This document shows positions 31,517 through 41,606 of a DNA stretch of 64,000 bases, one piece after another; the stretch's first letter is position 1; each line of letters starts with the position of its first letter. Source of the stretch: Candidatus Poribacteria bacterium (GTDB lineage Bacteria > Poribacteria > WGA-4E > WGA-3G); assembly GCA_963665235.2 (NCBI GenBank), contig CAXXLX010000001.1, positions 2,496,001-2,560,000 of the forward strand, in the 5' to 3' direction. A program made the translations under genes and the position numbers. The notes below the pieces were generated by a model. The model did not search any database. It saw only the letters and a program-made list of their open reading frames with translations, and was not told the origin of the DNA.

Positions 31517-32800
31517 TTACAGCGCAAACGCCTTCTCATCGTCCAATTCCATCAGTGCGAACCAGGTGTTGATATCCGTGCGGTCCGGCGCGATTTTATT
31601 GCGTATTTTCGCCATCAGCGCCTTATGCTGTTCAGTCTCCGGCCCCAGGTGCGTCATCGTTTCATTAAACGCTTTGATGGCTGCTTCATGCTTTGGGTAA
31701 TGTGTTTTCAACCAGGCTTCAACGTCAGCATCGGTGGGCAATGTCTTCAGGGCTTCAGCGAACTCCGCAGCGGGTATACCGAGAAAGGAGAGTATCGCTC
31801 GGTCTATACCTGACCCCTCACCGTAAAAATATTCGCCTAACGTGCCGGCATTAAATGCTCTCCCCTTATCAATCAACCGGGCAATTTGAACCGTGCCGTA
31901 AACGTCGGTATTGTAAGGGCTTCGTGGGGCGTGACGTTGAAGGTCAACGATGCCGAAACTTAGCTCATCGTCCAGGTCTTGGAGTGCGACCCATGTCGTG
32001 ATGTCTGTGCGGTCAGGTGCGATGTCGTTTCGGCGTGCTTCAAACCGTTCCTGTGTCGTTTCATCGGGCCCACGATTTACCAGAGTGTGATTGAACGTGT
32101 CAATCTCTTCCTGTGATTTATCACAAGTTTCCTGCACCCATTCACCAAGCTCAATGTCATTTGGGTTGTTAACCGCGGCTTCCTGAAAATCATCGGCGGC
32201 GGTTCCGAGGAATGTTAGGATGCGGACATCCTGTCCTGAGGTATCGCCATATTTATAGTCGCCGATTTTCCCTGTGCGGTCCGCGCGAGCTTTATCTGCC
32301 ATGCGTGCAACACCACAGATGCCAGCAACATCCCTTGCCCGCGCACTGCGCGGCGGCCGGACGGTCAAATTGAGCTGCCAAAAACATCCCCAATCGTCTA
32401 ATTCTATAGACTGAATCACTGTCTTAATATCGGTGCGCTCGGGTGCGAACCGTTCGAGCCGTTCTTTCAACAGCTGTTGATGTTTTTTGTCGGTCGGCAA
32501 TTTCTCTAATTCCGTTCGATTAAATGTTGCGATTTCTTCAGCGGTCTTTTTGCCGTTTTCAAGCATCCAGTTGCTGAGTGTGGCATCGTCGTATTCGCCA
32601 GCGGCCTCCGCGAATGCGTCCGATGAAATATTCAAAAACGCTAAAATACGCAGATCTAATCCGGAATCGGCTCCGTAAACAAAATCGCCGAGGGTTTCGG
32701 CATTATGTGCGCGAGCTTTGTCTGTCATGCGTGCTGCCCCGACAATCCCTGCAACACCTAAGTTTGAGGGACGACGTGGGGGTTGACGTGTCAAATCCAT
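31517..32800 (-). CDS. Triple-repeat DUF5069-like protein
   Basis: Three repeats of PR.P...ARM.DKARA...G.Y.YG..SG.D..IL.FLG...ELDD. Confidence 0.8.
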   Translation of the reverse strand: MDLTRQPPRRPSNLGVAGIVGAARMTDKARAHNAETLGDFVYGADSGLDLRILAFLNISSDAFAEAAGEYDDATLSNWMLENGKKTAEEIATFNRTELEKLPTDKKHQQLLKERLERFAPERTDIKTVIQSIELDDWGCFWQLNLTVRPPRSARARDVAGICGVARMADKARADRTGKIGDYKYGDTSGQDVRILTFLGTAADDFQEAAVNNPNDIELGEWVQETCDKSQEEIDTFNHTLVNRGPDETTQERFEARRNDIAPDRTDITTWVALQDLDDELSFGIVDLQRHAPRSPYNTDVYGTVQIARLIDKGRAFNAGTLGEYFYGEGSGIDRAILSFLGIPAAEFAEALKTLPTDADVEAWLKTHYPKHEAAIKAFNETMTHLGPETEQHKALMAKIRNKIAPDRTDINTWFALMELDDEKAFAL

Positions 32801-32826
32801 AATGTTTCTCCTTTCAATTTATTCCA

Positions 32827-32868
32827 TAGGACTTATGCATTCCCCCCGGGGGAAATGCATAAGTCCTA
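32827..32868. repeat. Near-perfect 42-bp palindrome (terminator or minimal MITE)
   Basis: TAGGACTTATGCATT-CCCCCCGGGGGA-AATGCATAAGTCCTA. Confidence 0.7.
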
Positions 32869-32959
32869 ATATCATGTTTAATACTTGTGTCAACAGATGC
32901 CATACGCGCATTCGGCGTTGATTTGGTGTTTCCAAAGCGCGTGTCCAAAGAGAAAGCGG

Positions 32960-34033
32960 TTAGAAGGCATATAGTGCTGTTAACGAGACCAACGTCCCTA
33001 ACTCAAACGCATCGCTTTCCTCATACTTACCGTCTAAGAAAGCGGTGCTGTCATCATAAAGTGTCTCTTGTTGGATTGGCAGCATCAACGTAATAGATAG
33101 CGGCACGTTGTAAGGTGTCGCAAGGGACACGCCTATCGATGCCAGACTAAACCGGAGACCTGTATTGATGTCCTTCTCTCCTGCCCAATAGGCGTAGGAT
33201 TGATACAGTCCAAGATAACTCGTCTGTAGCGAAAGCCAATTGTTAACGCGATAATTCAACCCGGCGGTATAGGTAACATCCCATGAACCGCGATAGGTTT
33301 TACTGTTTTCATAGAATGGGAACTTCCCGCCAACACTTATGTTGCCAACTAACCCGCCGTAGATTGGAAGGCTGTAGTGCAAGTTAGCAGTAGGGTTAAA
33401 TGTCCCCGTACCGAATTGGATATGGAGATGTTCTAGGCCCATATCCCCGAGTTTCCATGGGTCTTCTTCGGTTTTACCGAACGGAATTGTTGTTCCCAAT
33501 TTTGCGGTTAGCTGGTCATGTTTTCGGAAAATTCCTTCTCTGTTATATGTCAACAAGAGGTTCATATCAGAGATACCGCGATAGGTTTCGTTTCGGTGGT
33601 GAATGTCCTGATTTCGTATTATCGCGTTTCTCTGTTCCGAGGTATCGATTGAATCGACCGGTTCAATGCTGGCATCTTGGCTTTTTATTTCATACGGCAG
33701 TGCTGCTTCTAATCGCCACTGTTCATTCAGTTGATATTTTAAGCCGATGTCGAACCGAAGAACGTTCAATTTGACCTTATGTCGGTGGACCGGTACCTCT
33801 ATTACGTTTCCGGTGGGAGAGATTCCCTTACTTTCGAGGTGGCCCCCTTCCGCGTTGAACCCGCGTGTATTAATAGACGCTTCAAATTTCTTTTGCTCTG
33901 AAGTTAAACTAACTTCACTTCCCCCACCTTGTGGGATTGTGGGGTTGCTTCACGCGCCTCAGCTCTCCTGTGCGAAGCCGAGGGGAATGAAGATGAATTG
34001 AACGGCAAAAATTGCCGCAAGTAGGATTTTCAT
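32960..34033 (-). CDS. Putative outer-membrane beta-barrel transporter, 357 aa, with two in-frame TGA codons (candidate UxxU selenoprotein)
   Basis: GGAGG RBS and ATG 34033; MKILLAAIFAVQFIFIPLGFAQES*GA*SNPTIP... in frame with ORF 32960-33769; IQFGTGTF; terminal YAF. Confidence 0.75.
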
Positions 34034-34359
34034 GATATTTTACCTCCATTATTGTAGTTCCCCGTGTTGTTTTTCTTCGGAAACGATATTCTCTATTTCT
34101 TCTGCGATTTCTTGGACTTAGGAGAACGGTGTCCAGTATTCGGGCAAACAACCCGCTCCTAGAATTTTGCACAAAACACAGTCATGGTTTCCATTATTAT
34201 AATCCGAGTTGCTACCTATAAGTTTTTAGACATGGACACTCCGTCTTTAGGCAAAAAATGATTATAATTCGCCAATATCTTGTGCCGTAAACTTCCAGTT
34301 TGCGACCTTATGGCACAAACTAGGAAGTTTGTGCTACTATGTGGCAACTTAGGTTATTA

Positions 34360-34539
34360 TACCATTTCTAATTGAAAATGTCTCTTTATTGTAGCATAAA
34401 CTTCCAGTTTGTGCTCTTTATTGTAGCATAAACTTCCAGTTTGTGCTCTTTATTGTAGCATAAACTTCCAGTTTGTGTCTTCCGTTCTCCGTTTGATTTC
34501 TAACAACCGGTAATGATAGAATAATTAATAAAAATGGTA
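34360..34539. mobile_element. MITE-like family A, copy 3 (three 32-bp REP units)
   Basis: Same ends and body as 8337-8613; an inverted REP pair lies just left (about 34282-34337). Confidence 0.75.
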
Positions 34540-34696
34540 TTATATCAAAAACAGTAGTATTTTGTCAAAAAAACACATAACTTTAGATTTTATGAAGTTC
34601 TTATAGGTTCAGGTTTTTATAGAAATTTCGTAACTGCAACTTACCCTTCTTCCGAAACACCTTTGCGAAAATAAAATAGGTTGGAACACCACAACC

Positions 34697-35983
34697 TCAA
34701 AGCAGCGGTGCCGACGTTTTGCCCAGCACCCGTGGCAACCAGAGACTCAACTCCGGAATATACGTCACCAATAGAAGCGCGATGAGAAGTAAACCTATAA
34801 AAAGCAGGACCGAACGGTAGAGCAGCACGACAGGTCGTTCGAACTTCAAGCTTGATATAAACAGATTCATGCCCACCGGTGGTGTGAGATAACCGATTTC
34901 AAGGTTTGTTAAGACGATGATGCCGAGGTGCACTTTGTCAATACCAAATTGTTCAGCGATTGGAATAAGCAGCGGGACGACGATGATTATCGCTGAAAAG
35001 ATGTCCATCAAACACCCAACGATGAGCAGAAAGATATTCAAGCCGATAAGGGTAATGATACGGTTCTCTGTTATTGATTGTATCCAATCCAGCACAACTG
35101 TTTGAACCTCGAGGGTAACAAGATAGTTTGTTAATCCTAACGCTATGCCGAGGATGATAAGAATTGCACCGACGAGCACCATGCTCTCTTTGACAAGGCG
35201 CGGTAACGTTTTCACAGAAATTGATTTGTGGATGCAGATTTCTACGAGGCAAACATATATGACAGTCAATGCTGCGATTTCATCAAGCGTAACAACGCCT
35301 GAAAGGAGACCGCCTAAAATGAGAACGGGTAAAAGGACTTCCCACTTCACATCCCATAACGTTCGTAGGAAAACCGATAAGCGAAATGGGGTTGTTTCTG
35401 TCCGTTTAAAGAGGCTCCATCCGCTACAGTAAAAACCGAGAATAGCGAGAATAATTATGCCGGGGATGATGCCTGCGAAGAGCATGCTATCAATCCGTAC
35501 TTTTGCGACAATAGCATAAAGAATAAGCGGAATACTCGGCGGAAATAGGAGGCCGATGCTGCCGGAGGCGGTCACCAACCCTAATGAAAATTGTTCACTG
35601 TAGCTTTGACGTAGAATTGGATAGAGCAAACCCCCGAGGGCGATAATCGTTATGCCGGAAGCCCCCGTAAAGGTGGTAAAGAACGCACAGGTGCCGAGGA
35701 CGACCACTGCAATCCCGCCCGGTAGCCATCCAACACTGGCGCGTGCAAATGCGACTAAACGTTGCGGTGCTTTTCCTTCCGCGATAATATATCCTGCCAA
35801 AGTGAAAAGTGGAATAATCAGAATAGTCTGATTTTTTGTGAGTCTATTGACATCAATTAGGATTGTTGAAATCGGGTCACCTGCTGTGGCGTATCCGATA
35901 ATTGACGCAGCTCCAAGTAGTACAAAGAGCGCGCCGCCTAAGAGTGCGAAACCTACTAAGCCTATACCGATTATTAATCCCAT
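34697..35983 (-). CDS. dctM: TRAP transporter large permease
   Basis: IPLFTLAG, GLLFPPSIPLI, IGYLTPPVGMNLF. Confidence 0.93.
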   Translation of the reverse strand: MGLIIGIGLVGFALLGGALFVLLGAASIIGYATAGDPISTILIDVNRLTKNQTILIIPLFTLAGYIIAEGKAPQRLVAFARASVGWLPGGIAVVVLGTCAFFTTFTGASGITIIALGGLLYPILRQSYSEQFSLGLVTASGSIGLLFPPSIPLILYAIVAKVRIDSMLFAGIIPGIIILAILGFYCSGWSLFKRTETTPFRLSVFLRTLWDVKWEVLLPVLILGGLLSGVVTLDEIAALTVIYVCLVEICIHKSISVKTLPRLVKESMVLVGAILIILGIALGLTNYLVTLEVQTVVLDWIQSITENRIITLIGLNIFLLIVGCLMDIFSAIIIVVPLLIPIAEQFGIDKVHLGIIVLTNLEIGYLTPPVGMNLFISSLKFERPVVLLYRSVLLFIGLLLIALLLVTYIPELSLWLPRVLGKTSAPLL

Positions 35984-36510
35984 TAATTCGATTCTCCTTC
36001 GGCCTCAGCAGGGGGGAGTTCAGGTGCTGCGAAACGCATACAAATCTGAAGTATCAAGTGAACAGCGATAAGGACAAACCCTATCGGGATGATGCTTTTC
36101 GCCCACCAGAGCGGGACTGTGCCGATAAGTGTAGCTGGACTTTGCTGTTCGTCTTTCAGGAAGACAAAACCGTAATAGGCTAAAATGCTCACGACACTTA
36201 GGCTGAGAACGTCAATGATATAGGCACTGAAACGCTTAACGTTTTCAGGCAAAATACGGTTGAGAACGTCAATGCTAATATGCCGCTTTTCTGCGGAGGC
36301 GAGTGCTGCGCCAAGGAAACATAACCAGAGCGTTAAGTGCTGAAGCATCACAGTTTTCCACAATAGGCTCGTCTTGAATCCGTAACGCATTATAATTTCC
36401 AGCAGCGCAAGTCCAATCATCAGGACGACGACTACGCATAACATGCCTGTTTCGATTTTACCAAGGAGGGTGTTTGCGCGCTGTAAGTAGTTCTGAACAG
36501 AAAATTTCAT
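35983..36510 (-). CDS. dctQ: TRAP transporter small permease
   Basis: FLGAALA...HISID; four TM helices; ATG 36510. Confidence 0.88.
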   Translation of the reverse strand: MKFSVQNYLQRANTLLGKIETGMLCVVVVLMIGLALLEIIMRYGFKTSLLWKTVMLQHLTLWLCFLGAALASAEKRHISIDVLNRILPENVKRFSAYIIDVLSLSVVSILAYYGFVFLKDEQQSPATLIGTVPLWWAKSIIPIGFVLIAVHLILQICMRFAAPELPPAEAEGESN

Positions 36511-36523
36511 GAGAGACCCTCCC

Positions 36524-37783
36524 CTATTTTTCCGCTGCGAGTACCTGAATACCTGCGGCCGGTAGGACCGCGACTTTGGCTTTTGCTGGAAGGGTTTCAG
36601 CGAAGAGTTGTATAAGTTGCTCAAGGTTGCGGAAAAGAATTCCGTTCGAGAGTTTTTTGCTAAAATCGTCTACAAGGAAATTCTCCGACCAGACGTGCAG
36701 TTGATTTCGGTTTCCGAGTTTCGGTTTGGGAAGTTCAGATGGCGTTCTCTCTGCTTGCTGTTCAAGAAATCGGGTATAATCAATTTCCTCAAACAGCCCG
36801 TGGTAGCAGATACCGTCGCTTGCGGGATTCAGGACCATCTTATATGCGTTTTCAAAATAGCGAGTCGCCCACAGTGCTTTTCCTGTTTGAAGGGGGTCGC
36901 TATCAAGGGGGTAACAGTTGAGCACAACGAGGTCCGTCTCTTTTCGGGATTGCATCGGTATTTCTGTGCCGTAGGTTTCTAGGGCGAACTGCGCGCCAGC
37001 GCGATGTGCCTGCACAAAATCTCCTACAAACACTCCACAAATTTCCCTCCGAGAATTAAGGACAACGTTAGCGATAACGTCAAGCCCGATGTGTGCTGCG
37101 GTCTCTTCGGCAAAATCACGATGATCGGCGGTGTCACCGCTTCTTTCAATGACTGCATGCCCACGGCTTGGTGAAAAGGTGTGGAAATAGAAGATTGTTT
37201 CAAAACCGGCGATACCGGGGACTATCAGCTTTGCGCCGCCGCCAAATCCGACAGCACCGTGCGGATAGATGCCTCCCAAGCAGATTTTGAAATCCGCATC
37301 TGCTACGGTTTCGTTTATATAGATAGGCATACCGTTGTCAAGGCTGCCGTGTCCACGTAGGTCACCGCTCATAAAGTCATGGCTTGTTACCTCATATTCT
37401 CTTGCGATGTCGGTGCCCACTTTTTTTGCGATTTCTTCATCCGTGAGCGGCCGGTGTGAGCCGCCACCTACAACAAATCGGGTCTCTGATTTGGGAACAC
37501 CTGCTGCGGTGAGCTCTTGTAATAGAAAGGGAATCACTTCATGTGCTGGGGTCGGCCGACTCAGGTCATCTACGATGATAGCAGCCCGTTTTTTGCCTTT
37601 TGCAAGCTCGGCAATACGGGGGGTGCCTATCGGTTGGGCGAACGCGTGTTCAATTTCCGCATCAGAGAGGCGTGGTGCATCCTTCGGGCCTAAGATCTCG
37701 ACCTCCCATCCCGTCGGAAAATTTAAAGTAAGTTCTTTATCGCCATACCAAGCGTGGGCGTACATTGTTGCTGTGTTCTTCAT
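36524..37783 (-). CDS. LarA-like nickel-pincer racemase/epimerase (DUF2088)
   Basis: IIVDDLSRPTP, GSHRP, PH..GFGGGAK..PGIAG. Confidence 0.85.
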   Translation of the reverse strand: MKNTATMYAHAWYGDKELTLNFPTGWEVEILGPKDAPRLSDAEIEHAFAQPIGTPRIAELAKGKKRAAIIVDDLSRPTPAHEVIPFLLQELTAAGVPKSETRFVVGGGSHRPLTDEEIAKKVGTDIAREYEVTSHDFMSGDLRGHGSLDNGMPIYINETVADADFKICLGGIYPHGAVGFGGGAKLIVPGIAGFETIFYFHTFSPSRGHAVIERSGDTADHRDFAEETAAHIGLDVIANVVLNSRREICGVFVGDFVQAHRAGAQFALETYGTEIPMQSRKETDLVVLNCYPLDSDPLQTGKALWATRYFENAYKMVLNPASDGICYHGLFEEIDYTRFLEQQAERTPSELPKPKLGNRNQLHVWSENFLVDDFSKKLSNGILFRNLEQLIQLFAETLPAKAKVAVLPAAGIQVLAAEK

Positions 37784-37953
37784 CTATCCGATTCCTTATA
37801 GAAAATTCGATGCGCGAGGATTTCGATTTTTTTACGTTCCTCTACATTATATCAGAAAAACGACCCTTCGTCAAGAAAAATGTAAATTTCCTTGACAACC
37901 GGTTACTGTTTCTGATAGGATATAGATTAACATGTTGATTAATTTTTTAAAGG

Positions 37954-39009
37954 ATGTCCATGAAATTACTGGTCACTGGCGGTGCTGGATTTATCGGCAC
38001 CAATTTTATCCGACATTGGCTTCGTGAGTATCCACAGGATACTGTGGTTAACCTTGATAGGTTGACGTACGCGGGGAATCTCTCTAATCTGACAGACGTG
38101 GTGGCGGCTTATCCGGAGCGATATACGTTTGTCCATGGTGATATTCTTGATGGTGCGTTTGTGTCGACGTTTTTCGAAACACATCGGCCGGATGTAATTG
38201 TCAATTTTGCTGCGGAATCTCACAATAGTCGTGCAATTTTACACCCGCGGCAATTCTTTGAAACGAACGTGATGGGGACTCAGGTTTTATTAGACGCTGC
38301 GCGGCAGTATGATATATCGCGGTTTCATCACATCTCGACGTGTGAGGTTTACGGGGAGCTGCCCTTAGATTCGCCTGATGCGTTTACTGAAACTTCTCCC
38401 TACCGCCCACAGACACCGTACAACGCCTCCAAAGCAGCAGCTGATCATCTCGTTAATGCCTATTTTCATAGTTTCGGGCTTCCGATAACGATTTCGAACA
38501 GTTCCAATAACTACGGGCCTTATCAACATCCGGAGAAATTGATTCCGCTTTTCACAACGAATGCTATACAGGATTTGCCTTTGACGCTCTACCGCAGTAG
38601 TCACAACCGTAGGGAATGGCTGCACGTTCACGATCACTGTTGTGCCATTGCTTCGGTTATCCACAACGGCAGAATCGGGGAGACGTATAACATCGGCAGT
38701 GGTGTTGAGAAAAGCATTGAGGAGATTAGCGATTTTATTTTGGAATTTCTCAATAAACCGCAACGTCTGAAAACCTATGTTCCCGATAGACCGGGGCACG
38801 ATTGTCGGTATCTCTTAGATTCCGAGAAGATTGAACGTGAGCTCGGTTGGCACCCGGTGATGCCGTTTGAGTCCGGGATGCAGCAGACGATTCAGTGGTA
38901 CGTTGACAATCAGGAGTGGTGGCAAAAAATTCAGCAGAACGCTGCTACAGCGAGCGTTCAGGAAGATAAATGGGAAACGTTCTCTCCTGCAAAGCAGGAA
39001 GATGTCTGA
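37954..39009 (+). CDS. rfbB: dTDP-glucose 4,6-dehydratase
   Basis: GGAGFIG, LTYAGN, FAAESH, YNASK, DRPGHD. Confidence 0.93.
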   Translation: MSMKLLVTGGAGFIGTNFIRHWLREYPQDTVVNLDRLTYAGNLSNLTDVVAAYPERYTFVHGDILDGAFVSTFFETHRPDVIVNFAAESHNSRAILHPRQFFETNVMGTQVLLDAARQYDISRFHHISTCEVYGELPLDSPDAFTETSPYRPQTPYNASKAAADHLVNAYFHSFGLPITISNSSNNYGPYQHPEKLIPLFTTNAIQDLPLTLYRSSHNRREWLHVHDHCCAIASVIHNGRIGETYNIGSGVEKSIEEISDFILEFLNKPQRLKTYVPDRPGHDCRYLLDSEKIERELGWHPVMPFESGMQQTIQWYVDNQEWWQKIQQNAATASVQEDKWETFSPAKQEDV

Positions 39010-39021
39010 TGCACCGGCGGT

Positions 39022-39732
39022 TTATTTCGGACACCATGCCATCACTGTGCCGAAACTGGCGAATATACTGTCTTCACCGCTTGTTAGGATGCGCGAGCCC
39101 TGGACCACAATTTTTGCATCGCGACTGGTGATTTTATAGCTGACAGGTGCGTCTTTGGCAATCAGCGGTGCGCCGTTAGCATCCTTCAGTTTATCCAAGC
39201 GATAATGCACCGAACGATGTGCGGGCACGTCAAATTCACAAGATACGTTTTTCATGGCAATGTCTTCATAAAGCACCTCTAGTTGGCATAGGGTATCAAT
39301 ATCGGCTGTGTTGGAGATGCATATAGATTCGTGTGAGAAATATCCGCCGCCCTGCTGTTCCCACACCTGCTCTGCTGGCGTTAGCGCTGCCATGTAGCCG
39401 TCCGGAATAACCCAGACGTAAGCTCCATCTCCCTCCGATGTGTAGGATTTGAGTGCATCTGATATTGCTTCCGAATTTGCTGTAGCTTCATCGAGTGAAA
39501 TCACAAGAAATCGGGAGTAGAGTTGAATACCTTTTGAAGGGTTGTGTTCCCTTAGGTGTCCTGTCACGTTCAGGCACAATCTATTTTCATTTAGCATTTC
39601 AAGATGGCTCACGCCTTGCGATGCAAGCCAAGGCCCGAACGTATCGTTAAGAAGGGACGTTAGGGTGTCTAAATCTGATATACCTGCTTGTCTGTATTCT
39701 CGAATCGTTGCGAATAATATTCCGAACGTCAT
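39022..39732 (-). CDS. Hypothetical protein
   Basis: AGGAG RBS before ATG 39732. Confidence 0.65.
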   Translation of the reverse strand: MTFGILFATIREYRQAGISDLDTLTSLLNDTFGPWLASQGVSHLEMLNENRLCLNVTGHLREHNPSKGIQLYSRFLVISLDEATANSEAISDALKSYTSEGDGAYVWVIPDGYMAALTPAEQVWEQQGGGYFSHESICISNTADIDTLCQLEVLYEDIAMKNVSCEFDVPAHRSVHYRLDKLKDANGAPLIAKDAPVSYKITSRDAKIVVQGSRILTSGEDSIFASFGTVMAWCPK

Positions 39733-39751
39733 GTAAATCTCCTTTCGGGTT

Positions 39752-40090
39752 TCAAACCATCCATCTTTCAGATATACCGAGTGCTGCGGACAGCACGTGT
39801 AAAAGCACAGTTTTGGCATCGCTGCCGACAAATTGGCGTTGTGTATCAATATAGGTACCGTAATCGGCTGCCCATTCGCGAAAGCAGGTTTGGTATACCC
39901 ACCCTTTGGCTGTGCGTCGAAAGACAGAGCGGTCGGGGTACGGGAGTTTTTGGATTAAGAGCGCGTGTAGTTGTTTACAGGTGGGCAGCCATTTATCTTC
40001 GCTCTTTTCGGTGTCTGGCTTCAGTGCCTGAATTTCAGGGTGCTGACATAGGTCCAAATATTCTGGGGTATGGTCTTTGGTATTTTTCAC
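39752..40090 (-). CDS. Hypothetical protein
   Basis: 112-aa ORF with GGAG RBS, co-oriented with the next gene. Confidence 0.6.
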   Translation of the reverse strand: MKNTKDHTPEYLDLCQHPEIQALKPDTEKSEDKWLPTCKQLHALLIQKLPYPDRSVFRRTAKGWVYQTCFREWAADYGTYIDTQRQFVGSDAKTVLLHVLSAALGISERWMV

Positions 40091-40270
40091 TGTTTAACAA
40101 ATCTCGCTCCTAAAGCGGGGGGAATGCATCCAGCCTAGTTGTTATAGACAGAATAATACCACATTTCATCAAAAAATGTCAAGGGAAAGAGTGCATATAA
40201 AAAAACGTTTGATTTTTGTTTCGGTTTTTGCTAAACTGTGTTCAAATTTCATATCAAACCAAAATAACAG

Positions 40271-40912
40271 ATGAAAACACGGATTAAAATTTGTGGCATT
40301 ACGAATCTTGCCGATGCAGAAATGGCTGTCGCAGCGGGGGCAGATGCACTCGGGTTTATCTTCGTCCCGAACACACCACGTTACATAACCCCCAAGGATA
40401 CGACAGAAATTGTTCGCACGTTGCCGCCTTTCGTCACAACGGTTGGCGTATTCCGGGACGCTGAAAGCAAGGAGGTTGCGGATATTGCTCGCCAGTGCGG
40501 CATAACAACTGTCCAGTTACATGGCAGAGAATCCCCCGAATTTTGTGAACAACTCTCACTGCCGGTCATTAAGGTCTTTGAGTTACAAAACGAGGCAGAT
40601 TTGGATGCCTTAGCTGCTTACGACGTGAGTGCGTCCCTTGTGGATAAACCGAAATCGATTGGCGCGGGAACAAGCAATTGGGAACTCGCTCGAAATGCCC
40701 GGCACCGCGTGAATCGGTTAATCCTTGCTGGCGGATTGACCCCTAATAATGTCGCTGATGCTATCAGGCACGTAACACCGGACGCTGTTGACGTATCCAG
40801 CGGTGTAGAAGCGGAAAAACGGCGGAAAGACCCTAGAAAGGTTAATGCTTTCATCAGAGCCGTCCGCAAAATGGACGAAGAATTAGGCGGCTTAAAGTCA
40901 AAACGGAAATAA
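40271..40912 (+). CDS. trpF: Phosphoribosylanthranilate isomerase
   Basis: IKICGIT, VQLHG, LAGGL.P.NV, VDVSSGVE. Confidence 0.96.
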   Translation: MKTRIKICGITNLADAEMAVAAGADALGFIFVPNTPRYITPKDTTEIVRTLPPFVTTVGVFRDAESKEVADIARQCGITTVQLHGRESPEFCEQLSLPVIKVFELQNEADLDALAAYDVSASLVDKPKSIGAGTSNWELARNARHRVNRLILAGGLTPNNVADAIRHVTPDAVDVSSGVEAEKRRKDPRKVNAFIRAVRKMDEELGGLKSKRK

Positions 40913-40915
40913 AAA

Positions 40916-41431
40916 ATGGAAACAGTAACGTTGACCTATAAAAGACTCCCGGACCGGGTTAATTATTTTCAACAGCGACTGCTTTATGAAGACGCTGATG
41001 TCATTGTCACGGCGCAGCGAATAAAACCGTCCTCCCCTATCGTTCTGAACGGCAAAACAGTATTGGCGGATGATTTTACGGCGGTCTGGTTCGTATTTAC
41101 AGGATTGTGGTACGATGTCGGCAAGATTTATAACCTGAAAAACGAGTGGACCGGTTATTACTGTGACATTATGATGCCTGTGAAACGGACCGAGACTCAA
41201 TTTGAAATTACCGACCTGTTTTTGGACCTGTGGATATCGCCTGATGGCAGTTATGAAATCCAAGATGAAGATGAGTTTGAGTCGGCAATTCGGCACGGCG
41301 TAATTGATACCGAATTGGCAAAGAAGGCGCAAAACGCTCTTGATGCCTTAATTGCTGACGTTGAATCGGGAAAATTCCCAAGACAATCTATAATTGTAGA
41401 ATTTGAGCATGCCCCTTCTCAACTTTTTTGA
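40916..41431 (+). CDS. DUF402 family protein
   Basis: GYYCDI, DLFLDLWI, DEDEF. Confidence 0.85.
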   Translation: METVTLTYKRLPDRVNYFQQRLLYEDADVIVTAQRIKPSSPIVLNGKTVLADDFTAVWFVFTGLWYDVGKIYNLKNEWTGYYCDIMMPVKRTETQFEITDLFLDLWISPDGSYEIQDEDEFESAIRHGVIDTELAKKAQNALDALIADVESGKFPRQSIIVEFEHAPSQLF

Positions 41432-41606
41432 AAAAATACATGACATGTTTTGAAATTCATGGTATTCTATTAAAAATGGCAGTCAGTTAAAAGATTTTCT
41501 TTTCACAATTCACGCGGTCTATGACAATAGAGGCATAATTGAACGATGGAACAAATTTTCATGGAAAATACGACACAAACCCTTTTGTTCAGGGTTTAGC
41601 AAAAAC

